DNA of 64,000 nucleotides from Octopus vulgaris (taxonomy: Eukaryota), in assembly GCA_951406725.2 (NCBI GenBank), contig OX597835.1:47678001-47742000 (forward strand), written 5' to 3'. A program made the translations under genes and the position numbers. Positions within the stretch are counted from its first letter, which is position 1; each line of letters opens with the position of its first letter. This document shows, in pieces, positions 15,907 to 29,782 of this stretch. The notes beneath the pieces are model-generated. The model saw nothing but the letters and a program-made list of their open reading frames with translations. It searched no databases and had not been told where the DNA came from.

Positions 15907-16133
15907 ATACATATATATACATATGTATATATCCATGTATATGTATGTATATATACATACATGTATATATGCATATATATATATGTATATATATGTATGT
16001 ATATATATATACATACATGTATATCTACATATATATAGATATATATATATGTATATATATGTATATATATATATATATATATACGTGCATATATACATAT
16101 ATATATACATATATATATGTGCATATATATATA

Positions 16134-16178
<45 letters not shown>

Positions 16179-16442
16179 GAATATATGCCTGAATGTTTAC
16201 CCATACGCTCATATGCATATCCACACACACACACACACACTCACACACACATGCATAACTCTATGCATGCTGTGTTTCTTACATGCATATCTGTTAATTT
16301 CGCAAATGACGCGTGTAAAGAGCGGAAGAAGAGTAAATAAAGAGGAAGAGGAAGGCGAGAAGAGGCGCCTCTGATGCACTCATCCTATGCATTTGCTGCA
16401 TTATCTGCTGCACTCAGTTCTGGCTGTTTTCGCTTCTGCTGC

Positions 16443-16500
<58 letters not shown>

Positions 16501-16558
16501 GTCATCATCATCATCATCGTCATCATCATCGTCCTCATCATCATCATCAACATCATCG

Positions 16559-16606
<48 letters not shown>

Positions 16607-16733
16607 CCATCGTCATCATCATCGTCATCGTCATCATCATCATCATCATCGTCATCATCATCATCATCATCATTATCATCGTCATCATCATCATCATCAT
16701 CATCGTTATCATCATCATCATCATCATCGTCAT
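16443..16733. repeat. (ATC)n array
   Basis: Seen directly. It is the source of the poly-H/I/D/M ORFs. Confidence 0.98.
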
Positions 16734-17180
16734 CTTCGTTGTCGTCTCTCATTATTTTTGCTTTGGTTAGTCTCATATCATACCTGATCGAGTAGAACTA
16801 ATATCAAAGCGGGTTTCATTACCGACTGCCACGTCGTCCTTTTTCTTTTTTTTTTGTGTGTGATTTGTCTTTTTTTTTTCTCTCGTTAGTTGCTCTATAT
16901 ATAACAGGTCCGCTTTATTAAATGTTTTTATTTATTCATTTTATTTATTTATTTATTTTCTTTTTGTTTTGAAGATAGTAAATCGCAATCTGAGGTCGAT
17001 TTAGCTACTATTTCTAGCGAGCGCACCAGAAGCTCCATTCCTTGCATATTTGAGTCCCATCAATGTGCTATCAAATCGCAAGAATGTATTTTAATAGCTT
17101 CACTTATCGCACTGAGCCCATACTGGAGCACTCACTAGAGTATAGTTCATTTTACCTAATACCATTATTTAATTAACCAT

Positions 17181-17370
17181 TAAGGCGTCAAACTGGCAGA
17201 ATCGTTAGCACGCCGGGGAACATGCTCTGCGGCATTTCGTCCGTGTTTACGTTATGAGTTGAAATTCTGCCGTTTCGGGATAAAATAAGTACCAGTTGAA
17301 CACTGGGGTCGATGAAATCTACTTGTCCCTTCCCACAAAATTGCTGGCCTCGTGCCGAAGTTTGAAATCG
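17181..17370 (+). mobile_element. SINE family B monomer with an internal deletion
   Basis: The head is taaggcgtcaaactggcagaatcgttagcacgccgg, followed by taagtaccagttgaacactggggtcgat and the tail aaattgctggcctcgtgccgaagtttgaaa. Confidence 0.85.
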
Positions 17371-17755
17371 TTGTTTATTTAACTTATCTCATAATGGCAC
17401 ACAAGATATAGATCACAGAATGGTTAAAACGTTCGCCTTGCAAACAAAGGTTTCTAGGTTCGATCTTGTAGCGTGATATCTTAGCCAAATATACAGAGCC
17501 ACTTCTCGTGGTGGTGGTCACAGAGGAAGCACGCAAGTCGGACGTAACCAAAACATGCTAACTGCTCTGCCTGTTGGTGTTCAGTCTCACAGCACATTGC
17601 TATTAACGACGAGACTAATTTTGTTTTGTGTATCTTTATATATTTTTTTTACTGTTTTTATGAATTTTTGAAGTTGTTAAATTCTGGTTAAGCTCTACTC
17701 TTAATGCTCTGTTGGTGATGATGATGGCATCTACGGGAACCAAGTAAAGTATTAA

Positions 17756-17982
17756 TCCATCTGATGCCAGCCCGTCTGAGACCACCCCTAGTTATGTAAT
17801 ACAAACTTCTCGTTTTAATATGATCTCAATTAAAATCTTTCTTCAAAACTTCATCTTTTGTACCAAACACCAGCTTAATAACAAAGTAATTAATAACAAC
17901 AATTCTACTAAAGTCTCCATTGTTTCCAAAATGAACTGAAGCAAAAATAGTGAATTTCAGCAGGAATATGATGACAAAATGG
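17756..17982. mobile_element. Possible TTAA-flanked (piggyBac/Kolobok-type) MITE, degenerate
   Basis: TTAA occurs at 17752-17755 and 17983-17986. The ends are weakly complementary (tccatctgatgcc / gatgacaaaatgg). Confidence 0.4.
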
Positions 17983-18373
17983 TTAAGTATTTAATCAAAA
18001 ACATCTTTTGGAGTTACGCTAGTCTGGGCCACGTCTTGCTTCAGACACTAAGGTTTTAAACAGTTACAGCAGAATTGTGTCAGAGACAAGGTCACAGTGT
18101 TGTGATGTAAGTTTTGACTCTCCAAGAAATAAATGCAAAGTGAATATAATAGGTTTTTCGCGTCTATTTTAAAACGACTGAAATGGTCTTTTCACGTTAT
18201 AATTACTTCAGAAACATAGAATTTGAGTCGAAAATATAAGCCTCACATCATTTTGCTTTACTTCATCTCGTATCATCTCACTCAACCACATAGATCTCTG
18301 TCACTCAGAAACATAGTTCGCACTTCCTATTTATCTTCACCAACAAATATTGGCTTTTTAGAGGTTCGGTGAG

Positions 18374-18374
<1 letters not shown>

Positions 18375-18462
<88 letters not shown>
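18375..18462. repeat. (CA)n
   Basis: Seen directly. Confidence 0.98.
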
Positions 18463-18463
<1 letters not shown>

Positions 18464-18735
18464 TTAAGTTGCCTGAGCCATAAATACGTAAGAACTTTTT
18501 TGCATATGCCTAAGTACCTTGTTTGCTGGTTGGACATCTGCTACGCTGATGACATTTAGTGAGGTAGAAACACGTGTCGACAGCTGTTCAATTGTCTCAG
18601 AACAATCAGCTTGTCTTTCACTTCATCGCAAGAAAATTTGAGGAATTTTTGAATTTTGAGATTATCTTCCGTTTTCATTAGGAGTTGATGCCAAATTCAC
18701 TATGTTAAGACTGTTAATACTATGTGAGGAGCTGT

Positions 18736-19120
18736 TAAGGCGCCGAGCTGGCAGAAACATTAGCACGCCGGATGAAATGCGTAGCCGTATTTCGTCTGCC
18801 GTGACGTTCTGAGTTCAAATTCCGCCGAGGTCGACTTTACCTTTCATCCTCTCGGGGTCGATTAAATAAGTACCAGTTACGCACTTGGGTCAATATAATC
18901 GACTTAATCCGTTTGTCTGTCCTTGTTTGTCCTCTCTGTGTATAGCCCCTTGTGGGTAGAAAAGAAATATGTATTTCCTGAGTTCGAATTCCACCGAAGT
19001 CGACTTTGCCTTTCATCCTTTCGGGGTCTATAAATTTAGTACTAATTGTGTACTGGCGTCGATCTAATCGTCTGGTCCTCTCCCCCAAAAGTTGGGGCCT
19101 TGTGCCTAGAGTAGAAAAGA
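18736..19120 (+). mobile_element. SINE family B dimer with a LINE-like internal tail
   Basis: A full head unit is followed by the tail ttaatccgtttgtctgtccttg...ccccttgtgggtagaaaagaaata (18905-18969). A second unit then runs from gtatttc to cctagagtagaaaaga. Confidence 0.9.
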
Positions 19121-19127
19121 CAACTAT

Positions 19128-19325
19128 TTAAGGAGTTGAGCAGGCGGAATCGTAAGCGGCCGGGAAAAATGCTTGGGTATTTTGGTCGTCTTTAAAGTTC
19201 TGTTGACAAATTCCGCCAAGATCAACTTTGCTTTTCATAATTTCGGGGTCGATAAAATAAGTATCAGTTAAAACACAGGTGTCGATGTAAAACTGCTGGC
19301 CTTGTGCCAAAATGTGAAACCAATA
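19128..19325 (+). mobile_element. SINE family B monomer, older
   Basis: aaattccgccaagatcaactttgcttttcataatttcggggtcgataaaataagta, with the tail ctggccttgtgccaaaatgtgaaacc. Confidence 0.85.
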
Positions 19326-20464
19326 CTGTCAACTATTTTTGTATTAGTGAATAGATTTCTAAATAATATGGGGGTTTCCTGTGTGTTTCCGTTTCCAGCT
19401 AAAATTATCACAATGATATATTTTGCTCTTGCATTTACGATAAATCTCATTCCGTAACATTCAGTCACACATACGCGTATAGTTATCCGATTGAAGATTA
19501 TCATTTTTATTCAATATCCGCTTAGCTGTCGTCGTTTCAACGAGATAACAATTTTTCATTTTGCAAAACCTTATGAGATTCTTTATTTCATCAGTGATCC
19601 AGGATTTAATTGGTCAGGTTATAGGCAAAAGTTGAAGAGTCTGGATACCTCGAAATAATATTCTGTACATTCAAAAACTTAGCCGGCATTGATTTTATTT
19701 AACACCATATAACACCTGATCAATTTTCGATATTTATTGAAAAATATTTATTGGATATTTATAGCAAAAAAGACGGATACATTATTTGATTCCTCAGTCT
19801 CAAGAATTTCTAATGGGAAATTCCTGACATGTCTAACATGCAAAAATTTGTAATTCCTATTAGCAAACGAAACACGGGAAATGTTGAATAAATAGTACCA
19901 AAAATGTCCAATAGTTTACAAGGGACAGCTGGAAACCGGGTACCTACTTGTTAAATGTACCCTACTTCAAGTATTCTTTTTTGATTTTTGAAATTGCATA
20001 GTCTGATTTAAGAGTAAGGGTCACCTGAAAGGTGTACAAATATGATTTATTTTTTTAACAAATCAAAATGTTTTTAACATTTGTAGAACGTATCATTGAT
20101 TAGAAACGGTTTAATGACTTCAAAGATACTAATCGAACCCTAAAGGATAAAATGTGAAACGGATCTCGACGAGATTCAAAATCGGAACGTGGAGAGGTTT
20201 GAATATTTTATTCCAGCTTCTATAATTTCTACCAAATCATCACCTGCTGATGCAAGAAATGAAATGCATAACTTTTAAACAAATATTTACGCGTGCACAC
20301 ACTCGCGCGCGCGCACACACACACATACAAGCACACACATATCTACACACACAGATGCGTGCGCGTACACACTTCCACATGCAAATCCCGAAGACACGCA
20401 CATGCATCTGTTCGCATGTATACACGTGTACACGAGTGTATAGAGCTGTGACTGTACTTACGTA

Positions 20465-21380
20465 CCAGGTAGTATCAAAAGGTTCTCGAACTAAAAAATA
20501 ACTTATTTCCCTAAGTTTTAACATCGTCTCCCTCCAAATAGTCCCCTTGCGCAGAAATACTCCGGTCCCAGCGTTTCTGCCACTTTCAGAATCCAGTCTG
20601 GAAATCATTTTCCGTAAGCGGGTGGAGGACCTTCTGCGATTCTCTTTGGATCTCGACAACGATGTTAGATCGGCGACCTTTGAACTGTATTTTCATCTTG
20701 GGGAAGAAATGGAAACCTGCAGGTGCTAAATCTGGTGAACAGAGTGGGTATCGAAGCGATACCATATTGTTTTTTGGCGGGAAACTCACGAATGAGGAGA
20801 GCCTAGTGACAAGGTGCATTGTGAAAAAAACCCCAGTTCATCACATTCCACAGATTCTGTCGCTTTCATTGAATGTCCTCCTTCAGACATTTCAAAACGT
20901 CGCAGAAGAACTCTCGATTGACGGTTTGGCCCTGGGGGCGAAGTCTCGAGGCCCTGGGGGACGAAGTTTCGAGGCACAATACCACATTTCCAGGGTTGAC
21001 ACTTGTGACAGATCTTCCAGATCACTCATCATGTTCCAGGGACGATCTTCTGCTTTTGAAGCGCCCATGTCACTCAAAATATTGCGCACGACCCATTGCC
21101 TCGGTGTCGCAAGGTTGTCGAAGCATGCCCGATGTCTCTGTAAAAACTTTCCAAGTTTAATGCAAAACTTCGCGTTGGCTTTTTGTTCCCGTCCATGACA
21201 AAATCGCAGACTACAGCGTACACACGTGATCACAAAAACACAAATTTCACAACTTACGAAGTAAACACAGCAATGTCTCTCGACACACTGCCTCATGACG
21301 GTCACTGCTAGAACACAACCCTGTGCTGCCACCTGTTGCTGCGCAAAAAACGAGCCCGGGAACTTTCTGATACCACTTCG
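20465..21380 (-). mobile_element. mariner-family DNA transposon, internally deleted, both TIRs present
   Basis: Left TA+ccaggtagtatcaaaaggttctcgaact matches right (rc) TA+cgaagtggtatcagaaagttcccgggct. The minus strand encodes EQKANAKFCIKLGK (N-terminal HTH) and YPLCSPDLAPAGFHFFPKMK (YSPDLAP motif). Confidence 0.92.
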
Positions 21381-22722
21381 TATACACACTTAATCACACG
21401 CATAAATACTCACACAGGTATAAGTATGTATTTTAAGTTTGTGTGTATGTTAATAGAATGCAGGTACATCATATATACACCCACTCAAACACAGGTGCAT
21501 TCTACACTGATGTCTATACAGACACAGGTAAGAAAGAGAGAGAGAGAGAGAGAAGAGAGAGAAGAGGAGAGGGTGAAGAGGAGAAAGAGAGAGGGAAACA
21601 GGGAGAGAAAGAAAAAGTGAAAGGGTTAGCGTAAGAGAGAGTAAGAAAGATATGTACACACCACACTCACACACATATATACATATATATGTATGTATAT
21701 TTTTGTATACATAAATAATTATGTATAAAAGGAGATAGAGAAATTGAGTGAAAGAACGAGGCAGGTGTAAACAATAAGTGAAAGGAAGGAGAAAAGAGAG
21801 GGAAAGAGAGAGAGAGGTGGTAGGCAGAGAAAATGAAAGAAGCTAGAATAAGATACGTAAGTTGAAAATGGAAAGAAAGGTAGAGAGATAACTGAAGAGA
21901 GAAAGACAAAGAGAAAGAAAGAAGGAAGGAAAGAGGGGGAAGTGGATGGGGGGATGAGCGAGGAAAAGAAGGAATGCGAGATTAATAACCCGTCACCAAA
22001 CACTGCGAAATCTGTGACGCCTCGTGTGTTCATCAAACATTGCTTAAATGGGAGCACTCTACACTGTTGCATTGTGGGATTGATGGGTAAACATGGCGTC
22101 AGGAGCGGCGGGCAAGAAGCAATGAATGAACGAACGAAGCGAACGAGGGAAATCGCTGAATGGCAGCGGCGGCGGCGAGCGATGGTGACGATGGTGACGT
22201 CAGCAGCGAGGTGTGTGACATGAAGTAGAATGGTGCGTAGCGTGTGTCGTTATGCGGTGCAGTACTGCAGTGTATGTGTAGTGTGAGGTGAGGTGAGGTG
22301 TGGTGAGGTGTGGTGGAGTGTGGCGTAAATTTAGTGGTACTTAGTTCCAGGTTAGTTGCCAGTTACGGGCGAGGAGGGTGGGAGCGTGGGGGGCGGGGGT
22401 GGGGGAGGAGACGGGTTTGGAAGAAAATGGAGGAGGACAGTCGAGTTTCGAGTTTGGGAAGGTGGAAAGGGTTGGGCTGGCGGGTTCTTTAGGAACAATA
22501 CACGTAGCTTTCGCAAGCAAGAACAAGCGTAAACATATTTGAAATGCTTCACGCCTCGGTGAACAGGCTATTGTATGTATATAGATTGTATGTGGTTGGT
22601 TGATTCCTCGATCAACGTCGTTGACGATGGCGACACCGAAACTGTGGATTGATGGATCGCTTTGTGGGATCGCTCCTAATTGTTTTCTTTTGATTTGGGT
22701 GCCATTATTATTATTATTATTA

Positions 22723-22754
<32 letters not shown>

Positions 22755-22758
22755 GTTA

Positions 22759-22820
<62 letters not shown>

Positions 22821-22995
22821 GTTATTATTATTATTATTATCATTACACTTCTTGGTTATTTGATTTAGCAAATTTGTTTATCTATGTTTTGTTTTCATTT
22901 TGTGAGGTGTACGTGTGTATCTGTGTGTGTGAATTGTGCGTGTACGTGTGTGTGTGTGCGTGTGTGAGTGGATGGTTGTGCGCGAGTCTGTGTGT

Positions 22996-23034
<39 letters not shown>

Positions 23035-23204
23035 TTTGTGTGCGTTCGTTTCGTTCTGTTTACCGATTGTTAGGTTTGTTGATATATCCTGTTTAAGAAT
23101 TAAGCAAAACCGTATAAAACCACTTAAACACACTCAATCACATAACATAGACAAACATATTATGCATACATTCATATACACGCGCGCACACACAATGAAA
23201 GTAA

Positions 23205-23243
<39 letters not shown>

Positions 23244-23321
23244 CATACACACAGTCATATACAGTCATATATATATATATATATATATGCATATAAGTGT
23301 ATGTATAAATGTATAAATGTA

Positions 23322-23353
<32 letters not shown>

Positions 23354-23524
23354 ATTGTATGTATGAATGTGTATAACGATATTGATACGATTCCTTGCCA
23401 CAAAGAATTCAACAAAAACACCGATAAAAAATAATAAAACATGAAACAAACAGTAAAAAATCACTCACAACAGAACTCACACTTCGAGAACAAATATTGA
23501 CGCGCGCGCGCACACACACGTATC

Positions 23525-23571
<47 letters not shown>

Positions 23572-23966
23572 GTATGTATATATATATATATGTATATGTA
23601 TGTATATACATATATATATATATACACACATGTAAATATATATATATAGATATACATACACACACATATATATATATATATACATATATTTATATACATA
23701 TGTGTATATATATATATATACACACTAAGCGAATCAATACAAACACTACAGCAAGAACGAGAACAATGTTAAACAAGCAAATGAAGATATTAAAGAGAAA
23801 TGTCAACATGGCGTCCTTCCTTTAATACGATGTATTGCTCTCGACGTAGACAGATGAATGTAACTGCAGAAAATTGTGTTCATAGCACTGCATCTGCTCC
23901 CCACCGCCACTCGTCAGCACGCAGGTACCACCTTCCTCCTATACACAAACACATACATACACACAC

Positions 23967-24027
<61 letters not shown>

Positions 24028-24338
24028 TATGTGTATATATGTATGTATATATGTGTACATATATACATACATATATGTATGTATGTATATGTGTGTGTGT
24101 ATGTGTCTCTCTCTGCGTGCGTGTGCGTGCGCACGCGCAGGCAAACAGTCAGTGTTATTATGCGGAGTGTCCCTCGTAATAAAGGTTGAAAGGTCAACTG
24201 GTCTTAATGACTGACGGCTTATCGTTAACGAGCGAAGCTCAATGCATCCACTTAAACAGATGCCCTTTCATGAGCATTTATGCGTGTGTATGTGTGTATA
24301 CATGAAAATAGATATATATGATATATGATATATATGTG

Positions 24339-24379
<41 letters not shown>

Positions 24380-24432
24380 TTTCATATACACATATATACG
24401 TATTTATACATATATATATGACATAAAACGTG

Positions 24433-24466
<34 letters not shown>

Positions 24467-25012
24467 TACAAATGTATTGATGCGTGCATTCATTCAAAAA
24501 TACATACAAATACTCAAACTCAGACACACAGACATACACACACACATACACGTATTCTTTGTACATTTAGACATTTGCACAAATATATATATATATATAA
24601 GCGTATCGTCTGCTGAATTCAATACCGGACGGCTGCTGCCCTGATGGCGCCTGTCCACAGTTTCCTTCTCTCTGAGATAATCTCAATGTATATCTGCTAA
24701 TCACATCATAGTTTCGAATAATCTTTGATTCTCCAGATTATGTCCTCTTATTATTTGCAGTTGATTGCAATTAATGCGAAACACTTATTTTTTTAATTCT
24801 GCTATAATCAATATGTTTTTCATTCTTGTTTTGGTATTTGATTCACCTTTTTCGTCTTCATTGTCCCTATTCAAGGTATTGTCCCCTCTGCATATCTTCT
24901 CTTCGCTTGTTTTCTTTTAAAATTACTCCACACAACGACCCCAGCATAAATTTCAAAAATCTAGTCCTTGTCCAGCCGACCCACAATGCCTAACTACCAC
25001 GTTGTACTCACT

Positions 25013-25295
25013 GAAGGGTTTAGTTGAACAAATCGACTAAAACTTACTCTTTAAGCCCAGTACTAATTCCATCGGTCTCTTTTATTACGGAGCCGTAAAC
25101 ACACCAACACTGGTTTTAAAGCGGTGATGGGGTGTGAAAAACGGCATAAAGACACACACACACCCACACATGTATACGTGGACCTTCTTTCAGTTTCCTT
25201 CAGCCAAGTTCACTCACAAGGTTTTGGTCGGCTTGAGGCCATACTATAAGACACTTGCCCAAGGTTCCACACGGTAGGACTGAACTCAGAGCCAT
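25013..25295 (-). mobile_element. SINE family A, diverged; a second fragment follows at 25381-25490
   Basis: Collinear with the other A copies (gaacaaatcgac, aagcccagtact, gtaaacacaccaacac, agacacttgcccaagg). Confidence 0.8.
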
Positions 25296-25296
25296 G

Positions 25297-25327
<31 letters not shown>

Positions 25328-25949
25328 TATATGCATGTGTGTGTATATATTCAAGTATGTATGTATGTATGCATGCATGTATACGACGGGTTTTCATGGA
25401 GTTTTTATCTATCAAATTCTCTCACATGACATTGATTGACCTGCGGACATAATAGGTGAAATTTACCCAAGGTAATGAACCCGAAACGGCAGAGTCATCT
25501 CTGCGTGAATGTGAAACAAAATAAATAAACAAATAAAATCAAATAAATAAATGTAAAACATTTAAAAAAAAAACCACACATGATTTTCCTGGCAAATATT
25601 GAGGATGTCACATAATTTCAGGTTAAAAAAAAATAAACAAAAAAAAAAACCCAAACAAACAAGAAAAAAGTGAGTGAAAAGCTAGTTTACCACATTGAAA
25701 CGTAATTAATAAGAATCGATTGACTGACTGATTGAGATTATTGGAAACTAAGCAACGTTAATATGAGTGAATAAATAATTTTAAGAATGAAATCAAACAC
25801 AATATTTTGTGAAATGAATCGATTGAAGGAAAACGGAGACCAAACGAAATGGAAATTGAGATTTTTATGGAAAAAAGAAATAAAGATTGCACTTCATCTA
25901 CATGAAAATGAAGATATTCAGTTCATTCGTATGTTTGTGCGTGTGTGCC

Positions 25950-26004
<55 letters not shown>

Positions 26005-26092
26005 CTGTGTGTATGCGTTTTTATGTTAGCGTGGATTATGTGTTTGCATTGAGTGTGCGATTAATTATGGAAAGACAAACATACGTATATTT

Positions 26093-26520
26093 AATAATCG
26101 TTTCTACTCTAGGCACAAGGCCCGAAATTTGGAGGAAGGGCCAGTCGATTAGATCGACTCCAGTACGCAACTGGTTCTTAATTTATCGACCCCGAAAGGA
26201 TGAAAGGCAAAGTCGACCTCGGCGGAATTTGAACTCAGAACGCAGCGGCAGACGAAATACCGCTAAGCATTTCGCCCGGCGCACTAACGTTTCTTATTTC
26301 TTTACTGCCCACAAGGGGCTACACATAGAGGGGACAAGCAAGGACAGACAAACGGATTAAGTCGATTATATCAACTCCAATGCGTAACTGGTTCTTAATT
26401 TATCGACCCCGAAAGGATGAAAGGCGAAGTCGACCTCGGCGGAATTTGAACTCAGAACGTAGCGGCAGACGAAATACCGCTAAGCATTTCACCCAGCGTG
26501 CTAGCGTTTCTGCCAGCTCC
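26093..26520 (-). mobile_element. SINE family B dimer, young, with a LINE-like internal tail
   Basis: Two nearly identical units are separated by the tail at 26295-26360. The second unit restarts at agaaacgttag. Confidence 0.92.
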
Positions 26521-26594
26521 TCGTCACCTCACGTCCATTTAACAACGAACTCTGTCGTCGACTTCGAGTGTCGAACGGTCAACGGACGGGTAGA

Positions 26595-27210
26595 TTCATT
26601 AGCACGTTGGACAAAATGCTTAACTGCATTTATTCTGGTTTTAGTTCTAAGATCAGATTTCGGTGAGGTCGACTTTGCCTTTGATCCTTTCAGGGACTGA
26701 TTGATCAGTGGGGTCGATATAACAGACTTATCCTTCCTCAGAAATTGCTAACCTTGTGCCAAAATTTGAAAGCAATGTCATAGCTATTCAAAAAGGCGGC
26801 AAGCTAGCAGAGTCAGTAACTCGCCAGAGAAAATGCTAAGTGAAATTATTCTGCCATTACGTTCTGAATTCAGAATTCACCGAGGTCCACTTTGCTTTCA
26901 ATTCTTTCGGAGTAGACAAAGTAGAACAAAATAATACTAATTGTCTTAATCCCTTCCTTGAAATTACTGGCCATGGGATCAAATCTGAAGGCAATATTAT
27001 ACTTGCTAAAAAGACACCGAGCTGGCAGAACCATTTGCACTCTAGACAAAAAGCAAATTGGCATACATTCTGGTTTTACGCTCTCAGTACAAATTCAGCC
27101 GAGGTCTACTTTACTTTTGCATTCTTTCGATAAATGAGGTAGCAGTCGAGCACAGGAGCCGATGTAATCGACCAGCTTCCTCACCTTAAATTTCAATCCT
27201 GTGCCTACTC
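26595..27210 (+). mobile_element. Three tandem degenerate SINE family B monomers (about 26595-26775, 26790-26992, 27012-27210)
   Basis: Each has a gaggtc(g/c/t)acttt(g/a)c segment plus a head or tail remnant. Confidence 0.8.
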
Positions 27211-27224
27211 TCTCTTTTTTCTCT

Positions 27225-27630
27225 TGCTCTTTTACTTGTTTCATTCATTTGACTGCGGCCATGCTGGAGCACCGCCTTTAGTCGAGCAAATTGACCCCGG
27301 GTCTTATTCTTTGTAAGCCCAGTACTTATTTTATCGGTCTCTTTTGCCGAATCGCTAGGTGACGGGGACGTAAACACACCAGCATTGGTTGTCAAGCAAT
27401 GCTAGGGGGACAAACACAGACACACAAACATATACACATATATATATATATATATATACATATATACGACAGGCTTCTTTCAGTTTCCGTCTACCAAATC
27501 CACTCACAAGGCATTGGTCGGCCCGGGGCTATAGCAGAAGACACTTGCCCAAGGTGCCACGCAGTGGGACTGAACTCAGAACTATGTGGTTGGTTAGCAA
27601 GCTACTTACCACACAGCCACTCCTGCGCCT
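27225..27630 (-). mobile_element. SINE family A, full length
   Basis: The minus strand reads aggcgcaggagtggctgtgtggtaag...gagttcagtcccactgcgtggcaccttgggcaagtgtcttc, then internal (TA)/(TG), then the tail ...tgaaacaagtaaaagag. Confidence 0.93.
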
Positions 27631-28293
27631 ACTGTATAAAGAATATTATAGTTGTTAGACTATTCCCATAGAATATTTGTTTGCAGTTAAGAAGGCTTTT
27701 GTAGGACATCTACTGGCAAAAATACTGGCAGAAAATGCTGGCAAAAGAAATCTGGTGCTGATGCTTACAAATGTTTCTCACAAACACAGTGAACAGCATA
27801 CCTCAAGGTTTTCATAGTTCTGCCTCTGGACTAAATGCTTCGTCACGTCTTAGCTCGCAACCCACCCTCGTAAGCTGAATGTGCAGCTGGGTAACAAACC
27901 GGTAACTTTTAAGTAATTTTTTTCTACTCACAATCGTAGGCAAAATTGCAGGGGTACATTGTTCGGTTTGCCATCTGGGTGTGCCGCGTTTTTCTAAATT
28001 TTCGTGGCCCTTCAAACAAGTGACGATTAACAGGTGAGTAGAATTCGGCAGACAAAAACAGTACAGAAATCAGTCACGTGTGGATGTTTGTGTGGATGTG
28101 TGCGTGTGTTGTGTAGATGTATGTGTGTGTGTCTGTGAGTGTGTGTGTGTGCGTGTGTGTGTGTGCGCACACGTATACATACCATGCCTTGCCACGAGCT
28201 TCACTATAAGAAACTAATGATGGTAAGAAATTCTCAAGCGAGCTCAACAGCAGAAGGTCGTCGAGGAAATATTCCACCAAGGCCCTTAATTTA

Positions 28294-28364
<71 letters not shown>

Positions 28365-28374
28365 ACATGTACGG

Positions 28375-28545
28375 AGAATTCACAAAGAAAACAAAAGACG
28401 AAGACACGTGGTGTAGACCACCAATAGATGTATTAGTATAACGCTCAGGAAGTGAAAAAGTCTTTAAAGTTTCGAGCCTAAGCTCTTGTACAGAAAGAAT
28501 CACAGAAATAAACAAGGAGAGAAAATAAAAAATGTGTAGTGGCTA
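28375..28545 (-). mobile_element. Short PLE-type non-coding element with a degenerate hammerhead-like motif (28462-28497)
   Basis: The minus strand reads cttt CTGTACA a gagc-ttag-gctc GAAA ct tt aaag. The downstream ttcctgagcgt...ccacg is shared with 32200-32400 and 55255-55445. Confidence 0.65.
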
Positions 28546-28548
28546 GCG

Positions 28549-28582
<34 letters not shown>

Positions 28583-28794
28583 ACACACACACACACACGT
28601 ATATATGGGTTTAGATGGTACATTAAAACAGAGGATATAATCGATACATTTGTTGAAGGTGGTTCTCAAGAATGGCCGCTGTCCAATGATTGATAGCAAT
28701 AAATAAGAACAGCAGTAATGATATATTATTGCATGCGGCTTTTGAAAAATTTCAGAAAGACAGAGTTAGGCAAACACGGATGCACAAACACATG

Positions 28795-28830
<36 letters not shown>

Positions 28831-28875
28831 GCTATAGATCTAAGAACGCAGGTACACACGTACACATACATTGCA

Positions 28876-28925
<50 letters not shown>

Positions 28926-29035
28926 CAGGCATTCATATTCTTCAAAATACGCATATAACCACACAATAAAATAATCAGATAGACATATGCATACACACGC
29001 ATTATACAGACATATACATATGCGTATGAGGTTTA

Positions 29036-29079
<44 letters not shown>

Positions 29080-29098
29080 AGACAGATAGACAGACACA

Positions 29099-29159
<61 letters not shown>

Positions 29160-29174
29160 GTATATATATATATG

Positions 29175-29221
<47 letters not shown>

Positions 29222-29681
29222 GTATATATACACATATACACGCATGTTTGTTTGACTGAGTGTGTCCATTAAATAGCCGTTGTCATACAATGGGAAATAT
29301 GAAAGTTGATGTTGTGTACGTATGGTTCAAAGACATGGAACAAATACCAAGAGAATTCTGTGAAATTTCCCATTATACGCATGTGTATGAACGTATATAT
29401 TATATGCGTTGCCTTTATGCGCGTATATATATATTATTGTACACATGTAGGCGCAGCGGTGTACGTGAGTGAGAGTGTGTATGTGTGCGGGTGTGTGTGT
29501 GTGTGTGTGTATGTGTGTGTGTGTGTCCTCCTGTGAGGTTGCTCTGTTCTTCTCTATACAGATCTGAGGGAATGTGTTTATGTAGAATTTTTGATTTTGC
29601 TTTGCTTTTCTGATAATACCTATTGTAAAGTTTAGCAGTTACTGTTAGATTGTTCAGACACACTCTTGACTAACATCATAT

Positions 29682-29782
<101 letters not shown>

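Noticed and set aside
17410-17490. tRNA-like A/B boxes here and at 10180-10250, 43560-43630, 54265-54336 and 59588-59650
   Set aside because: No full cloverleaf or acceptor stem is present. They continue into SINE bodies, so they are SINE heads and not tRNA genes.
18000-20230. AT-rich non-microsatellite blocks (also 44600-45240 and 36930-37560) that may be old DNA-transposon remnants
   Set aside because: I could not find TIR pairs or transposase motifs by eye. A repeat-library search is needed.
26093-27210. Regularly recurring ~30-nt motifs that could suggest a CRISPR-like array
   Set aside because: The recurrences are internal parts of tandem SINE copies. The spacers are homologous, there are no cas genes, and the context is eukaryotic.
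27685-27817. Possible coding exon after tttgcag (KKAFVGHLLAKILAENAGKRNLV...)
   Set aside because: There is no recognisable homology, no convincing donor site and no partner exons.
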